A stretch of DNA of 64,000 nt from a virus, in the IMG/VR virus record IMGVR_UViG_3300023084_000003. The stretch is one strand, 5' to 3'. Of this stretch, positions 17,264 to 27,276 are shown in pieces. How positions within the stretch are numbered: position 1 is the first letter of the stretch; every line of letters begins with the position of its first letter. The notes under the pieces were generated by a model, which saw only the letters and a program-made list of their open reading frames with translations, did not search any database and was not told where the DNA came from. The translations under genes and the position numbers were made by a program.

Positions 17264-17288
17264 AATTCACGAAATTATATGAGGATCT

Positions 17289-17588
17289 ATGCCAATGAGT
17301 GATTTACCATCAACTATTACGAACGAAGATCGTAAAAAAGTTCAAAACGCTTTGAAGGAAATGTCGGACTCTATGACGCGAGTGGAAGCTGAAAAAGATC
17401 TACAAAAAGATATTGCTCAGCGAATGCTTGATGAGGTCGGTGTTCCTAAGAAGGACTTTAACAAACTTGCTCGCATTTATCATGCGTCAAACCTAATGGA
17501 AGAAGCAGCTCGAAATGAAGAATTCATGGAGTTTGCAGAAGCTATTATGGCTCCACCTGAGCGTCAGATTGAAAGCGTTGTTGGATGA
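17289..17588 (+). CDS. dsbA: T4 DsbA-like double-stranded DNA-binding protein
   Basis: About 95-aa helical protein, E.S.S.TR.EAE.D...DI...G..KK.FNKLA..YH pattern. Confidence 0.65.
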   Translation: MPMSDLPSTITNEDRKKVQNALKEMSDSMTRVEAEKDLQKDIAQRMLDEVGVPKKDFNKLARIYHASNLMEEAARNEEFMEFAEAIMAPPERQIESVVG

Positions 17589-17648
17589 CGCCAGCAGAAC
17601 AGGAGCGGATACAACGGGGAGCAATACGAACCTTACGGAGGTTAAGTA

Positions 17649-17891
17649 ATGCAGTGGCTCATAGTAGTGTTATTTGCTACAGTTCAAGGTGATGTCTATA
17701 TCTTCACCAATCCTACATTTGACAATAGAGAAGAATGTATGGCAAGTATCACAAACCCAGCACACCAAAAAAACTACATTAAACAGCTAGTTGAAGAGTA
17801 TAAGAAGCCTATGCCAATTATGAATGTTAACTGTTTAAGTGAAGAAGTAATTGATAAAATTTTAAATGGTGAAAAAAGAACAGCAACGTGA
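17649..17891 (+). CDS. Hypothetical protein with hydrophobic N-terminus
   Basis: GGAGG RBS; two Cys. Confidence 0.65.
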   Translation: MQWLIVVLFATVQGDVYIFTNPTFDNREECMASITNPAHQKNYIKQLVEEYKKPMPIMNVNCLSEEVIDKILNGEKRTAT

Positions 17892-17930
17892 CTTGGTTTA
17901 TAGTATTCTTTAGATGATGGAGAAGAATAA

Positions 17931-18257
17931 ATGAGACAATACACGCCAGACCAATGGGAACTCGTAAAGATCAGCGGAACCGATCCTCATTATAGAGTGT
18001 TCGGTTCTTGGAGCGGTGGATATCTAGACGGTGACAGCTGGAGACTTAATTCTGGTATCGCTTCTGTTACTGAAGATGATAACTATTATTACTTCTCAGG
18101 CTCCACAGGATCTGTTTACCAGTGTCATAAAAAAGGCTATGGTGTTTCTTCAGTTCATAATATCGGTGTCCTTACTAACCTTTGCGAAAAGTCTAAAGGC
18201 ACAGCAGAAGTAGTAGAAGAAATGCCTGATATCATGAATATGGATTGGATTATTTAA
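17931..18257 (+). CDS. Conserved phage hypothetical protein
   Basis: YTPD.W...YRVFGSWSGGYL.GDSWRLNSGI motif typical of large myoviruses. Confidence 0.75.
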   Translation: MRQYTPDQWELVKISGTDPHYRVFGSWSGGYLDGDSWRLNSGIASVTEDDNYYYFSGSTGSVYQCHKKGYGVSSVHNIGVLTNLCEKSKGTAEVVEEMPDIMNMDWII

Positions 18258-18259
18258 GT

Positions 18260-18415
18260 ATGATACGTTGGTATGATTATATGGCAGCATTTTTATTTGC
18301 CTATGGCCTATACGGCATGCTATTTTTTCCATTCTTTGGATTTGTTATGTCTTGGATGGCATATGAAATAGGATGGAAGAATGGCTACTGTGAATGGCGA
18401 AAAGATATGGAATAA
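18260..18415 (+). CDS. Small aromatic-rich membrane protein (51 aa, absent from ORF track)
   Basis: Hand translation MIRWYDYMAAFLFAYGLYGMLFFPFFGFVMSWMAYEIGWKNGYCEWRKDME; fills gap before terminator. Confidence 0.55.
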   Translation: MIRWYDYMAAFLFAYGLYGMLFFPFFGFVMSWMAYEIGWKNGYCEWRKDME

Positions 18416-18440
18416 AAAAAGGGGAGCTAAAAAGCTCCCC
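18411..18440 (-). terminator. Intrinsic terminator of the gp23 transcript
   Basis: GGGGAGCT-AAAA-AGCTCCCC perfect stem; flanking A-run reads as a U-tract on the minus strand. Confidence 0.9.
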
Positions 18441-18471
18441 AGTTTCGTTCGGTTGACCCGACTTCTTTTTA

Positions 18472-19797
18472 TTAGAACAAGTTTGTAACTCGTACTGCAC
18501 GGTAGTACTCGTTTGATTGGGCTGTAAGAGCACCCAAGCCTTGAGTTGTACCTTGTGCGAATGGGTTTGCAACCATGCCGTAGCGAGTTTTGAACCCGAT
18601 TTTTGGCTGGAAGCTGTTCTCACCAACTGCACGTACCATCTGTAGTGGAACGTATGGGCAGTAGAACAAGCCTGCGTCGAATGCGCTTGAACCTTTGTAA
18701 CCAACAACCATGTAGTTGCTGCCTGCATATGGGTCAATGTACACTCTGTAACGACCGTTAAGAACACCTGCGAATGTGTTTCCTGTGTCGTCTACTTCTA
18801 GTGAGTTACCTGCAATTGCTGGTGTGTAGTCAAGAACACCGGCCATCTGCAATGCTGAAGCAACGTCTGAAGAACAGATAACCATGTTACCTTTACCGCG
18901 ACGTGTACCTTTTGCGATAGCATTCGCTTCTTGTTCGATTTGGAACATAAGCCCTTTGAATTTCTCAACTGACCAACGACCATTTGCATCGACGTCAAGA
19001 TCGAATACACCAGTAGCAGCTGTGCCAACCGCGCCTGTTTTAGCTGTTGCGTAAATTGTACGAACCAATTCACGGTTGATTTCCACAAGGATCTCAGACT
19101 GTAGAATGTTCGCCAATTCTGTTTCAGCGTCAAGACCGTGAACTGCTTTCAAGTCTTGTGCCAATTCAGTTGTGTACTCAGCTTTTAGCGCTCTTGATTT
19201 CGCAGTTACTGATACTTTCTCGATTGAGAATGCCATCTCTGCAAAGTTTGTGCCGCCACCGTCGCCAAGTGCTTCAGCGTCACCTGTTGCCATACCTGCA
19301 CCTGTTTCGAACAATGTTGTGTTCGCTGAATCAGTTGCTGGGATAGTACCTGTTTGTGTACCTGTACCTGAGAATGTGGTGTCTGCTTCATTGTAGAATG
19401 TTTCAGTACCAGCTTGTGATGTCTGACGTGAACGCATTGCAAAGATAAGACCTGTCGGTCCTGTCATTGGCTGAACGCCAGCAATGTCGTACGCGATCAA
19501 GTTTGGCATTGCGCGACGTACAAGTGAAATAAGTACTGGATCGTAGCCAGCTGTAGGACCAGCTGCTGGTGAACCTGAACCGAAACCACCTGTACTTGCG
19601 TCGTTTGCAGGTGCCTCTGTAAGTAGAGAGCTCATTGACATCTGACGGTCGCCAGATTCTAGCAATGCTTTCTCTGTGTTTTCAAGAATAGTGGCAGTTA
19701 CCGCTTTCTTGTGGTTGTCTTTGATAGGTGAAAAAGATTCGTGCTCAAGGATTGGGCCCCACTTTTCCACAAGTGCTTGATAGTTTGACTGTGCCAT
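18472..19797 (-). CDS. gp23: Major capsid protein
   Basis: LVRRAMPNLIAYDIAGVQPMTGPTGLIFAMR, KSRALKAEYT.ELAQDL, YCPYVPLQM. Confidence 0.99.
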   Translation of the reverse strand: MAQSNYQALVEKWGPILEHESFSPIKDNHKKAVTATILENTEKALLESGDRQMSMSSLLTEAPANDASTGGFGSGSPAAGPTAGYDPVLISLVRRAMPNLIAYDIAGVQPMTGPTGLIFAMRSRQTSQAGTETFYNEADTTFSGTGTQTGTIPATDSANTTLFETGAGMATGDAEALGDGGGTNFAEMAFSIEKVSVTAKSRALKAEYTTELAQDLKAVHGLDAETELANILQSEILVEINRELVRTIYATAKTGAVGTAATGVFDLDVDANGRWSVEKFKGLMFQIEQEANAIAKGTRRGKGNMVICSSDVASALQMAGVLDYTPAIAGNSLEVDDTGNTFAGVLNGRYRVYIDPYAGSNYMVVGYKGSSAFDAGLFYCPYVPLQMVRAVGENSFQPKIGFKTRYGMVANPFAQGTTQGLGALTAQSNEYYRAVRVTNLF

Positions 19798-19835
19798 CGA
19801 TTTCTATCTCCTTGTTTTAATAAAGTCTCTGGATG

Positions 19836-19843
19836 TATTTATA
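19836..19843 (-). promoter_or_regulatory. T4-type late promoter for gp23
   Basis: TATAAATA on minus strand about 40 nt before ATG. Confidence 0.85.
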
Positions 19844-19861
19844 AAAGTTAAAGTTTCATTA

Positions 19862-20857
19862 CTATTTTGATGATCTTGCGTTAAGAGCCTCAACTAGAGC
19901 ATTTACAGAAGAATAGTCAGAAACTGGTTTCTTAACTTCTGTTTCTTCTGTGATAATCTCTTCTTCATCTTCGCTAGCAACTTCTTCTACAACCGGAGTC
20001 TTCTTCTTGAAGAATGATTCCTTAAGTGTAGATAGATTGCTTGAGTACTCTTCGATATCAGAAACATCTAGCTTTTCTGACAAAACTTTGAATCTTTCTT
20101 TTTCTGTGAGTGTAAGATCCTCAGTAACTTCGTCGAAGATGCGCTCTGCTTTGAGAGAAGCGATTTCTTTTGACAACTCTACGTTCTCATTGATTGCTTT
20201 GTTAGCAGAGTCTTTTGCTTCAGCAACTTCTGCTTCCAAGCCTTCAACGACATTGATTGTTTCGTCATCAACTTCGATGTTGTGCTCTTCAAACAATCCA
20301 CGTAGGCCTGCCATTAATGATTCTGCCATCTCAACTTTAATACCAGCTTCGATTGCAACCTCATTCTCTTTCATCCACTCTTCTACTACGTAGTCGAGGT
20401 ATGAGTCAAGATTTTCAACAATGTTGTTTACTGAAGTTTCAACAGACTCGTTCATTTCTGTTTCAAGTCTTTCAACATGCTCAGCAACTGCCGCTTCAGT
20501 TTTCTTTGTAGCAGCTTCGTTAACAGCCGCTTCGAACACCAAAGTTACTTTATTTTTGAATTCTTCAGTTAGGTCCATGCCTTCGAAGATAGCTTCAATT
20601 GATTCTTCAATCTCGATAACTTCTTCTACTACTTCTTCAGCTTCCACTGATTCAGTTGCAGTTTCAGTTTCTTCTTTCATACCTGGTGTAGGTGTAGAAA
20701 TTTTCTCAGCGGACGCATCGACAGTTTTCTTTACGTCTGCTTTCTTCTTTTTAACCGCGCCGCCGCTTCCAGTGACTGCGTCCGCAACTTCTGCTGCAGG
20801 AACACCTTCACCACCTGAGTGGTCGGCAACGAACTTTTCGTCTAGCTCATTTGACAT
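19862..20857 (-). CDS. gp22: Prohead core scaffolding protein
   Basis: Acidic coiled coil, LDSYLDYVVEEWM.EN motif, synteny; start moved to ATG 20857 behind GAGGAG. Confidence 0.93.
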   Translation of the reverse strand: MSNELDEKFVADHSGGEGVPAAEVADAVTGSGGAVKKKKADVKKTVDASAEKISTPTPGMKEETETATESVEAEEVVEEVIEIEESIEAIFEGMDLTEEFKNKVTLVFEAAVNEAATKKTEAAVAEHVERLETEMNESVETSVNNIVENLDSYLDYVVEEWMKENEVAIEAGIKVEMAESLMAGLRGLFEEHNIEVDDETINVVEGLEAEVAEAKDSANKAINENVELSKEIASLKAERIFDEVTEDLTLTEKERFKVLSEKLDVSDIEEYSSNLSTLKESFFKKKTPVVEEVASEDEEEIITEETEVKKPVSDYSSVNALVEALNARSSK

Positions 20858-20898
20858 ATGTTCTCTCCTCTTTTTCATTGGATTATCTATATGAGTAT

Positions 20899-20906
20899 TA
20901 TTTATA
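20899..20906 (-). promoter_or_regulatory. T4-type late promoter for gp22
   Basis: TATAAATA in intergenic gap. Confidence 0.8.
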
Positions 20907-20912
20907 CAATTC

Positions 20913-21602
20913 TCAACTTCTAAGTGAATTCACAAAGCGTTCGAACAGTCGTGCTGCCGTAGATTCGTCAACGCGATGGACAACTCTTCTTACTTGTTTT
21001 TCTACTTCTTCCTGGATCTCTTCAATTACTTGCTCGATTGGTTCTTGAACTCTCCAGTGGCCAGAAGCAATATCATAGTAATATTCAGTATTTTCCATAA
21101 TGCCGTTAACAAAGCAGTTAGGGCCGGAAGGATCAGTTACAATATCTACAGTTGCAAGGTGGAAATCGTCTTGTACTTCCATAATACCATCTTTAGTTGG
21201 TTTTACAGAACCAAGGCCACGAGTTGAAACTCCGATTTTTACGCCTTCATCCATAAATTCTTTTACAATGTTACCCATTGGTGTGCCAAGAACTTTAGCT
21301 TTACCGATAAAGTTTGATCCATCTCTTTTCATCTCAGTGATAAGATGTGATACTCTATCGCCATTGATTGTAGGACCATCTGGGTGTCCAAGTTCTCCAA
21401 GCGCACGCTTAGTTTCAATAAAATCTGTTTGGTAACGAACCATCTCTTTTTCAAGAGTCTGTGTAGGATAGATACGCCCGTTACGGTTTTTGATATCACC
21501 TTGCATAAAGATACCTTCGATGAAGTAAGACTTTTTACCAGTCTCTTCATTCAACTCGACGGCAACTTGTGCTTCTTCGGTAACTTCAGTAATCAGTCTC
21601 AT
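20913..21602 (-). CDS. gp21: Prohead protease
   Basis: IEGIFMQ...NRNGRIYP, ALGELGHP, GVSTRGLGS. Confidence 0.97.
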   Translation of the reverse strand: MRLITEVTEEAQVAVELNEETGKKSYFIEGIFMQGDIKNRNGRIYPTQTLEKEMVRYQTDFIETKRALGELGHPDGPTINGDRVSHLITEMKRDGSNFIGKAKVLGTPMGNIVKEFMDEGVKIGVSTRGLGSVKPTKDGIMEVQDDFHLATVDIVTDPSGPNCFVNGIMENTEYYYDIASGHWRVQEPIEQVIEEIQEEVEKQVRRVVHRVDESTAARLFERFVNSLRS

Positions 21603-21632
21603 CTTTTTATATCCTTTAATATCTTTTTGTTT

Positions 21633-21640
21633 TATTTATA
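21633..21640 (-). promoter_or_regulatory. T4-type late promoter for gp21
   Basis: TATAAATA in intergenic gap. Confidence 0.8.
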
Positions 21641-21646
21641 AAAAAA

Positions 21647-21871
21647 CTACTGGGCGTCATAATAGTTCTTGGAAAGCTCACCTCTGACTATGGTTTCACC
21701 CACTTTCCTACACTTAATGTAGGTATATTGAGTGTTGCCGCCAGGAGGTGTGAAAGCTCTAACACCTGCAGTAACCGTACCATTTGCATCGTTATATGTA
21801 TCCGAATCGGATGCAGTAGCAGCATTATCATACTGCCAAACGGTTGAATTTGTTACGGCTACCCATGCCAT
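21647..21871 (-). CDS. Small hypothetical head-region protein
   Basis: 74 aa between gp20 and gp21. Confidence 0.65.
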   Translation of the reverse strand: MAWVAVTNSTVWQYDNAATASDSDTYNDANGTVTAGVRAFTPPGGNTQYTYIKCRKVGETIVRGELSKNYYDAQ

Positions 21872-23040
21872 TAAAGAGCTTCCCTCGCAAATCCTACAAT
21901 TTCTTCGAATCCTGCTTTATCAGTCATCATAACTTTTTCCATCTTACGACGATTTGCAGGGTTCAGGTCTTTCATCATTTGATTAATAAGACCTGCATCT
22001 TGTTTTGAAACTTTAACTGAAGAGCCATCTCTCAGTTTCATGTTTCCTTGTTTAACAGCTTCTTCAAGCTCTACTGACTCAGTTTTTTGCTTTTTTTTTC
22101 TAAGCATTTTGAAATCATGGGCATCGATCTTGCCATTCTTATTATGGTCAAGCTTGTGTTGGTCGCCTTTGAGTTCTTCGTCAGTTTTTGCTTCACCCAT
22201 TGACATTACTTCGGCTGTTGCATAACTGTAAAGTGTTTGCATTTCTTTTGCCACACCTGCCAATTTGTTTTGAAACCATTCTTCAGGATCTGATGTTTTT
22301 GACACATATGCCGCAATACCTTGCATTGCGTGTGACATTGAACGCAGAGCATTCATCATCATTGGCTTTTCTTCCATAGGATTTTCTGAAAGCTCAACTT
22401 CTTCCATTTTGTTAGCAGCACGATTCAAACCTTTAACACGGTTCTGGCCTTTTTTAAGATCTGCTGTTGTAAGAGTACCTTTGTTAAGCTTTTCTCTTCT
22501 CTTTTGAAGATCTGCACCAGCTTTACCGTGGTACTGACGTAGAGTTTCTTGAGAAATCTCATCGATTTGTTCTACTTCTTCTTTTCTCATCAAACGATTA
22601 GTTGCTCTTTCAACACCCTTATGAGTATTCAAGAAATTGCGAATGCCTTTTTTCTTCTGAGCCTTTCCCATATCTTTATCATAAGCGTCGCCAGCTCTTG
22701 CTATTTTATCGCCCGCATCAGCGGCGCGGGCTGGTGCCTTTTTTAGATATCTAGCCGCCAATTCTTTTGAGATCTCATCGATTTGCTCGCCATCCTCCTC
22801 TACAGATTCAAGCTTAGCCTTGCCATCCTTTCTTTGAGAATAGGCTTGGTCATAATCCGCATCACCTTCTTGGTCGGCGAGACGCTTTTGCTTTGTTTTA
22901 CCAGTGATTTCACCAGTAAATTGGCTATCTTCTGCAGCCGGATGATCGAATTTTTGAATGACATGCTGGTCCTTAAAGCGCTTTTCTTCTGGGCTTTTTG
23001 GCTCTGCTACCTCTGCCATCATCTGTTTAAAGGATTTCAT
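21871..23040 (-). CDS. Putative internal head / prohead core protein with EQIDEIS repeats
   Basis: Position between gp20 and gp21; highly charged; repeated EQIDEIS and VELxE; EF-hand-like loop DHNKNGKIDAHD. Confidence 0.65.
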   Translation of the reverse strand: MKSFKQMMAEVAEPKSPEEKRFKDQHVIQKFDHPAAEDSQFTGEITGKTKQKRLADQEGDADYDQAYSQRKDGKAKLESVEEDGEQIDEISKELAARYLKKAPARAADAGDKIARAGDAYDKDMGKAQKKKGIRNFLNTHKGVERATNRLMRKEEVEQIDEISQETLRQYHGKAGADLQKRREKLNKGTLTTADLKKGQNRVKGLNRAANKMEEVELSENPMEEKPMMMNALRSMSHAMQGIAAYVSKTSDPEEWFQNKLAGVAKEMQTLYSYATAEVMSMGEAKTDEELKGDQHKLDHNKNGKIDAHDFKMLRKKKQKTESVELEEAVKQGNMKLRDGSSVKVSKQDAGLINQMMKDLNPANRRKMEKVMMTDKAGFEEIVGFAREAL

Positions 23041-23076
23041 TTCTGTTCTCCTGGTTTTAATTTATTTGTAATATAT

Positions 23077-24639
23077 TTATCCAATTATGTTATTCGAGGA
23101 CTTGACTGATTCTTGAGGCTCGTCTGGAACTTCTTCTTCAGGTGCTTCTTTTGCCTCTTGGTCGATCTGTTCTTTCATTTCTTTCATTTCTTCTTCAGAC
23201 ATCATAAGAACGTTACGAATTACCCACTCGCGAGAATAGTAAACACCTACATGATCCTCAACGTCGCGAAGTGTTGCCATACGCTCTTTAATAATCTCAG
23301 CTTGTTTTAGTTCTTCAAAATAGTTGTCTTGAACAAAGTCGTAACGAATGAAGTTCTTAATCTCAGCAAATTCTTCAGGAGTCATAAGTCCTTTTAGAAC
23401 TACTTGCTTCTCAAGAACGTGAGTAAATAGAGTTGCAAAGCGAGCTCTCAAGCGCTTTACAAATTTAGCGAACTTTAATTCATCACGAGTAATTTCTGAA
23501 ACACGACCAAATGAGTACATTGTTTCTGGCTCAAGACGAGATAGTGGAACCTTCAACGACTTATAAAGCTTACGTTGGAAGTACTGAAGATTCTCATCTG
23601 TGCTCAGTGCTTGAGCAGTACCGCCCGCTAATGTATCAACTTCAGTAGATCTTTCGCCACCACGACGTGGGAACCAGAAATCTTCAGTCATAGTCATCAT
23701 TTTACGAGAATCGCTGATCTCACCAGTTGCTGAGTTATATTGCAACTTATTCTTGTGGCGGATCATCATATCTCTTAAGTATTGTTCAGCCTTCGATTTA
23801 GGTAAGTTACCAACATCAATATAGAAGATTCGTCTTTCAGGAGCTCTCGTAAGAGTATAAATGATTGTCGCATCTTCAAGCATCCTTAGCTGGTTAAGAG
23901 GCTTAATAGCAGTATGCAGGTATGAAAGAACAAGCGAATTGTTTTCATTCATTAGTCCGGAAGTAACTCTTGCAATAGAATCTTTTGAGATTTTGTAGCC
24001 TTGAGTACCGGAACCATTAGGTGCATTTGCTTCTGAAGTAAAGCCATTTTCTGAGTACATATAGTACTCGTTCTTTACTTTCTTAACAGGAATACCAGAG
24101 TGCTCGTCTTTACCTTTCTTATCAACTTCTCTGATAAGCTTTAGTTTGCGAGGATCTACATAGCGTAGCTCTTTAATTCCATCTTTTAAATTTTCTTTAT
24201 CGATGATAACATGATAGTTTAGTCTACCATCGACATAAAATCTTTGGAAAATGTCGTAAGAGTTAGCACTGAAATCGAAAAGAGTAAGGATCTCTTCAAA
24301 TTGCTCGATAAGTCTATCTTTTACTTTATCAGGTAGGTCTGTATCGTCAAGAACAATTTGAACGACATCATCGTCAGTATCAACCGCAATTGCTTCGTTT
24401 ACAATCTCATCAACTGCTTGAGCAAGCTCAGGTTGTGCTGCGACGTTTCTATATCTTGTTATGAGTTCTGATTCACTTTTAGCAGCACCTTCCATATCAA
24501 GAAGTGTGCTATAGAACCCGCCCATAGCATTGCCGACGGTAATCGCACCGTCGGTGTTAATAGGTTCGGCGAAGGAGACGGGTTGTTTTACGTCGTCCTC
24601 TTCGCCTTCTCTTTTGATTTCAAAGCCAAATATCTTCAC
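23077..24639 (-). CDS. gp20: Portal protein
   Basis: FYVDGRL, NQLRMLEDA..IY.LTRAPERRIFYIDVGNLPK.KAEQY, EDFWFPRRGG. Confidence 0.98.
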   Translation of the reverse strand: MKIFGFEIKREGEEDDVKQPVSFAEPINTDGAITVGNAMGGFYSTLLDMEGAAKSESELITRYRNVAAQPELAQAVDEIVNEAIAVDTDDDVVQIVLDDTDLPDKVKDRLIEQFEEILTLFDFSANSYDIFQRFYVDGRLNYHVIIDKENLKDGIKELRYVDPRKLKLIREVDKKGKDEHSGIPVKKVKNEYYMYSENGFTSEANAPNGSGTQGYKISKDSIARVTSGLMNENNSLVLSYLHTAIKPLNQLRMLEDATIIYTLTRAPERRIFYIDVGNLPKSKAEQYLRDMMIRHKNKLQYNSATGEISDSRKMMTMTEDFWFPRRGGERSTEVDTLAGGTAQALSTDENLQYFQRKLYKSLKVPLSRLEPETMYSFGRVSEITRDELKFAKFVKRLRARFATLFTHVLEKQVVLKGLMTPEEFAEIKNFIRYDFVQDNYFEELKQAEIIKERMATLRDVEDHVGVYYSREWVIRNVLMMSEEEMKEMKEQIDQEAKEAPEEEVPDEPQESVKSSNNIIG

Positions 24640-24663
24640 AAGGTTATTCCTTCATTATATAAA

Positions 24664-25197
24664 TTAAGTAGTGGGGATGCCGGTATTGCCTTCAACTCTC
24701 CACAAATCATACTGGAATGTAACATTAAATTCTTCGATTGAGTCAGTTTGCTGCCAATCCATCGCGATACCATCAATTGTAATTGGATACATGCCTTCGA
24801 AGATATAAGTACGTAGAGGGCTACCGTCTTTACTGAACTGAGTAATCTGTCCAGTTGATTTGTAGTCCTGTGGCAATGCTCTAGTATTTGAATCGTGCGA
24901 GTTGATTGCGTTAGACCAAGCTTCCATTGCGTTTCTGATAGCAAAGTCTTCATCGTTAATGACCGTGACTGTCCAATCCGCGAATACTCTATCACCTGCG
25001 TATTTAACTTGGCGTCCAAAGTATGGTACGACAAATTGGCCTACAACTGATTCCGGAATCCCAGCAGCTCGTACCATGAATGGCACTTTAATATCTGCTG
25101 CTGGAGAAATCGGGTTAGTGATTTGGCATTGGAAAAGCGTAGGACGTGCACCGCCACCGACGAGTTCTGATTTGAACTGGTTGATATTGAATGCCAT
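24664..25197 (-). CDS. gp19: Tail tube protein
   Basis: GGARPTLF, YFGRQVKYAGDR.F.DW.VT..ND.DF..R. Confidence 0.97.
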   Translation of the reverse strand: MAFNINQFKSELVGGGARPTLFQCQITNPISPAADIKVPFMVRAAGIPESVVGQFVVPYFGRQVKYAGDRVFADWTVTVINDEDFAIRNAMEAWSNAINSHDSNTRALPQDYKSTGQITQFSKDGSPLRTYIFEGMYPITIDGIAMDWQQTDSIEEFNVTFQYDLWRVEGNTGIPTT

Positions 25198-25225
25198 TAT
25201 CTTTTCTCCTTTTTAAATCTATTTA

Positions 25226-27187
25226 TTACGTTAACTGACCAACAATCTCATCAAACTCGACACCTGTTCTTGTTGCTACAAATGTTAGTTCGATAACATT
25301 GATAGAACGCGCTGGTTTGATGAAGATGCTTGCGCGGAATTTGTTTTGGTCAATCACTTCAGGAGTGTTCACTCTCGAGTCAGAAATAACTCTAAAGTCG
25401 ATAATACCTCTACGCCCTTGGATGTCACGTAAGAATGGATCGACAATATTTCTAAACTGAGTTTGCGTAAACTCATCATTTAGTTCGAACAAGAAGCTTT
25501 CAGCTGCAGTAGCAATAGACTTCTCAACCGCAATGAATAGACGACGTACGTTGATACGATCGAATGCTGATGCTTGACCAAGCATTGTTTTATCTCCGAA
25601 GAGCATAATGCCTGAACCAGCCTGAGCCATTACTGGGTTGATGTCTGCTGAGTAAAGCTGATCTCTTTGTGGTTTGCTTGGGTTAAATGCTAGTTTAATA
25701 ACATTCTTAATCAAACCTTTACGGAAGCCCGCAGGTGATTCCCAAGTTTCTACACGAGATGCTAGACCTGCCATATCGCCACAAAGTGGTGTATAACGAT
25801 ATACGTCATTATACTTATCGTAACGATATTTATAACCAGAATCCATAAATGCGTATGAGCTGTTTTGAATCTTGTTTCTGTGTGCAATTACGTTTGTAAG
25901 CTTAGTATTTGTTTTAAGTTCATCAACCACTGCTTCTTTAGAAGGAGATACGTACATCACGCAGTCTTTTCTAGTTTCTACAACGTTTGACAGAATGTAG
26001 TTTGCTCTTTGGGCAGAGTCATCGCTCTTACCTACGATTACTGAGCTGATGTCAATCTCGTTTGCATTCTTAAGAGTATCTACTGCAAAACCATATGCAG
26101 CCAATGAGGCAGTTGACTCTGTCTGTGCATCTGTACCTACAGTACCAGTTGCTGCTTGACCTAGTCTTTCATATTTAGCAATGCTTGTAGATGCATCACC
26201 AATCGGCGCAGTATTAGCAACATCTACCCACTTTGAGAAGTTGTCGATAACTGTTTTGTAGTAGTTTGATGTACCCTGTGGAAGTGTAGCGCTTGTTGAT
26301 GTTGAAACGTTTTCAAATCTTTCAAGAACTGTACCAGCAGTTCCTGTAATTCCGCCACCCGCATCCATTACTGCAATGTGTATATTACCTGTATCAGGAG
26401 CTTTACCAAATAGGTTTGCGTGCTTCCACTTTTTAACAAAGCTTACCTTGTTAAGGTTTTCTTCAGCAAGTGGATATCTATTGCTAAATGTAATTGTGTA
26501 GCGATAGTATTCTACAAAATCATCATCTGTAGCAGCTGGGTCGGTGTTTGCACCTGCATTTGTGATTGTTTCTTCTGTGAATGTAGCAACTTTCATTTCT
26601 GCATAACCTACAGAAGCATTACCCACTGTAAGAACATCACCGGCCGCAATAGCAGTGATCTGATCAGTGTTTGCAACCTCAATCACAACACTATTAGAGT
26701 TAAAGCTAAACTCTTGAGCGATTTGTGTATTTGAAGGTCTGTTTGCTGTAATATCACCCACGTCTGCAATATCTGTTTCATATCCAGTTGCGCTGACGTA
26801 TGCAACTTCTAGGTTGTTACCTCGCTCACCAACATAGGCAGCTTGGAATGCACCGTAATTTGTTTGATCTACGATAATGTCATTGTTACCGTCGAGAACT
26901 ATTTTTGTGTGATCCGCTTTAGTTGAACCATTATCTGCACGAACAACAAACAATGCATTTGAATATGAAAGAAAGTCTGCAGCAGCAAACCATGTTTCAT
27001 AGTTATCGTCAGTAGGCGCTCCAAAGCGGTCTACTAGTTCATCTTCTGTTGTAATCAGAATTGGGTCGTTTACTGGGCCCCATTGGAAGACTCCAGTAAT
27101 TGCCGCAGGTGGTGTTGCGATGGCTGGTACCGCCGCACTCGCATCCACTTCGCGAACAATAACGGAAGGACTTACGGAAAAAGCCAT
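25226..27187 (-). CDS. gp18: Tail sheath protein
   Basis: SPSV.VRE.D, FQWGP, W.SPAG..KG, FDRINVRRLF, FELNDEFT. Confidence 0.97.
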   Translation of the reverse strand: MAFSVSPSVIVREVDASAAVPAIATPPAAITGVFQWGPVNDPILITTEDELVDRFGAPTDDNYETWFAAADFLSYSNALFVVRADNGSTKADHTKIVLDGNNDIIVDQTNYGAFQAAYVGERGNNLEVAYVSATGYETDIADVGDITANRPSNTQIAQEFSFNSNSVVIEVANTDQITAIAAGDVLTVGNASVGYAEMKVATFTEETITNAGANTDPAATDDDFVEYYRYTITFSNRYPLAEENLNKVSFVKKWKHANLFGKAPDTGNIHIAVMDAGGGITGTAGTVLERFENVSTSTSATLPQGTSNYYKTVIDNFSKWVDVANTAPIGDASTSIAKYERLGQAATGTVGTDAQTESTASLAAYGFAVDTLKNANEIDISSVIVGKSDDSAQRANYILSNVVETRKDCVMYVSPSKEAVVDELKTNTKLTNVIAHRNKIQNSSYAFMDSGYKYRYDKYNDVYRYTPLCGDMAGLASRVETWESPAGFRKGLIKNVIKLAFNPSKPQRDQLYSADINPVMAQAGSGIMLFGDKTMLGQASAFDRINVRRLFIAVEKSIATAAESFLFELNDEFTQTQFRNIVDPFLRDIQGRRGIIDFRVISDSRVNTPEVIDQNKFRASIFIKPARSINVIELTFVATRTGVEFDEIVGQLT

Positions 27188-27245
27188 ATTTTTCTCCTTT
27201 ATGTATTTAGAAACGCGTTTTTGTTTTTTCGTATATCACTGTTTC

Positions 27246-27253
27246 TATTTATA
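27246..27253 (-). promoter_or_regulatory. T4-type late promoter for gp18
   Basis: TATAAATA in intergenic gap. Confidence 0.8.
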
Positions 27254-27276
27254 AAAATGACTATTTGATTAAGAGC

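Noticed and set aside
17585-17692. 35-codon ORF coupled to the dsbA stop
   Set aside because: Overlaps the better-supported 17649 gene by more than 40 nt; no supporting features.
18345-21641. Alternative-frame and antisense ORFs over gp23, gp22 and gp21 (e.g. 19950-20393, 20421-20894)
   Set aside because: Typical antisense open frames of biased, Glu/Ala-rich genes; Ser-rich nonsense products.
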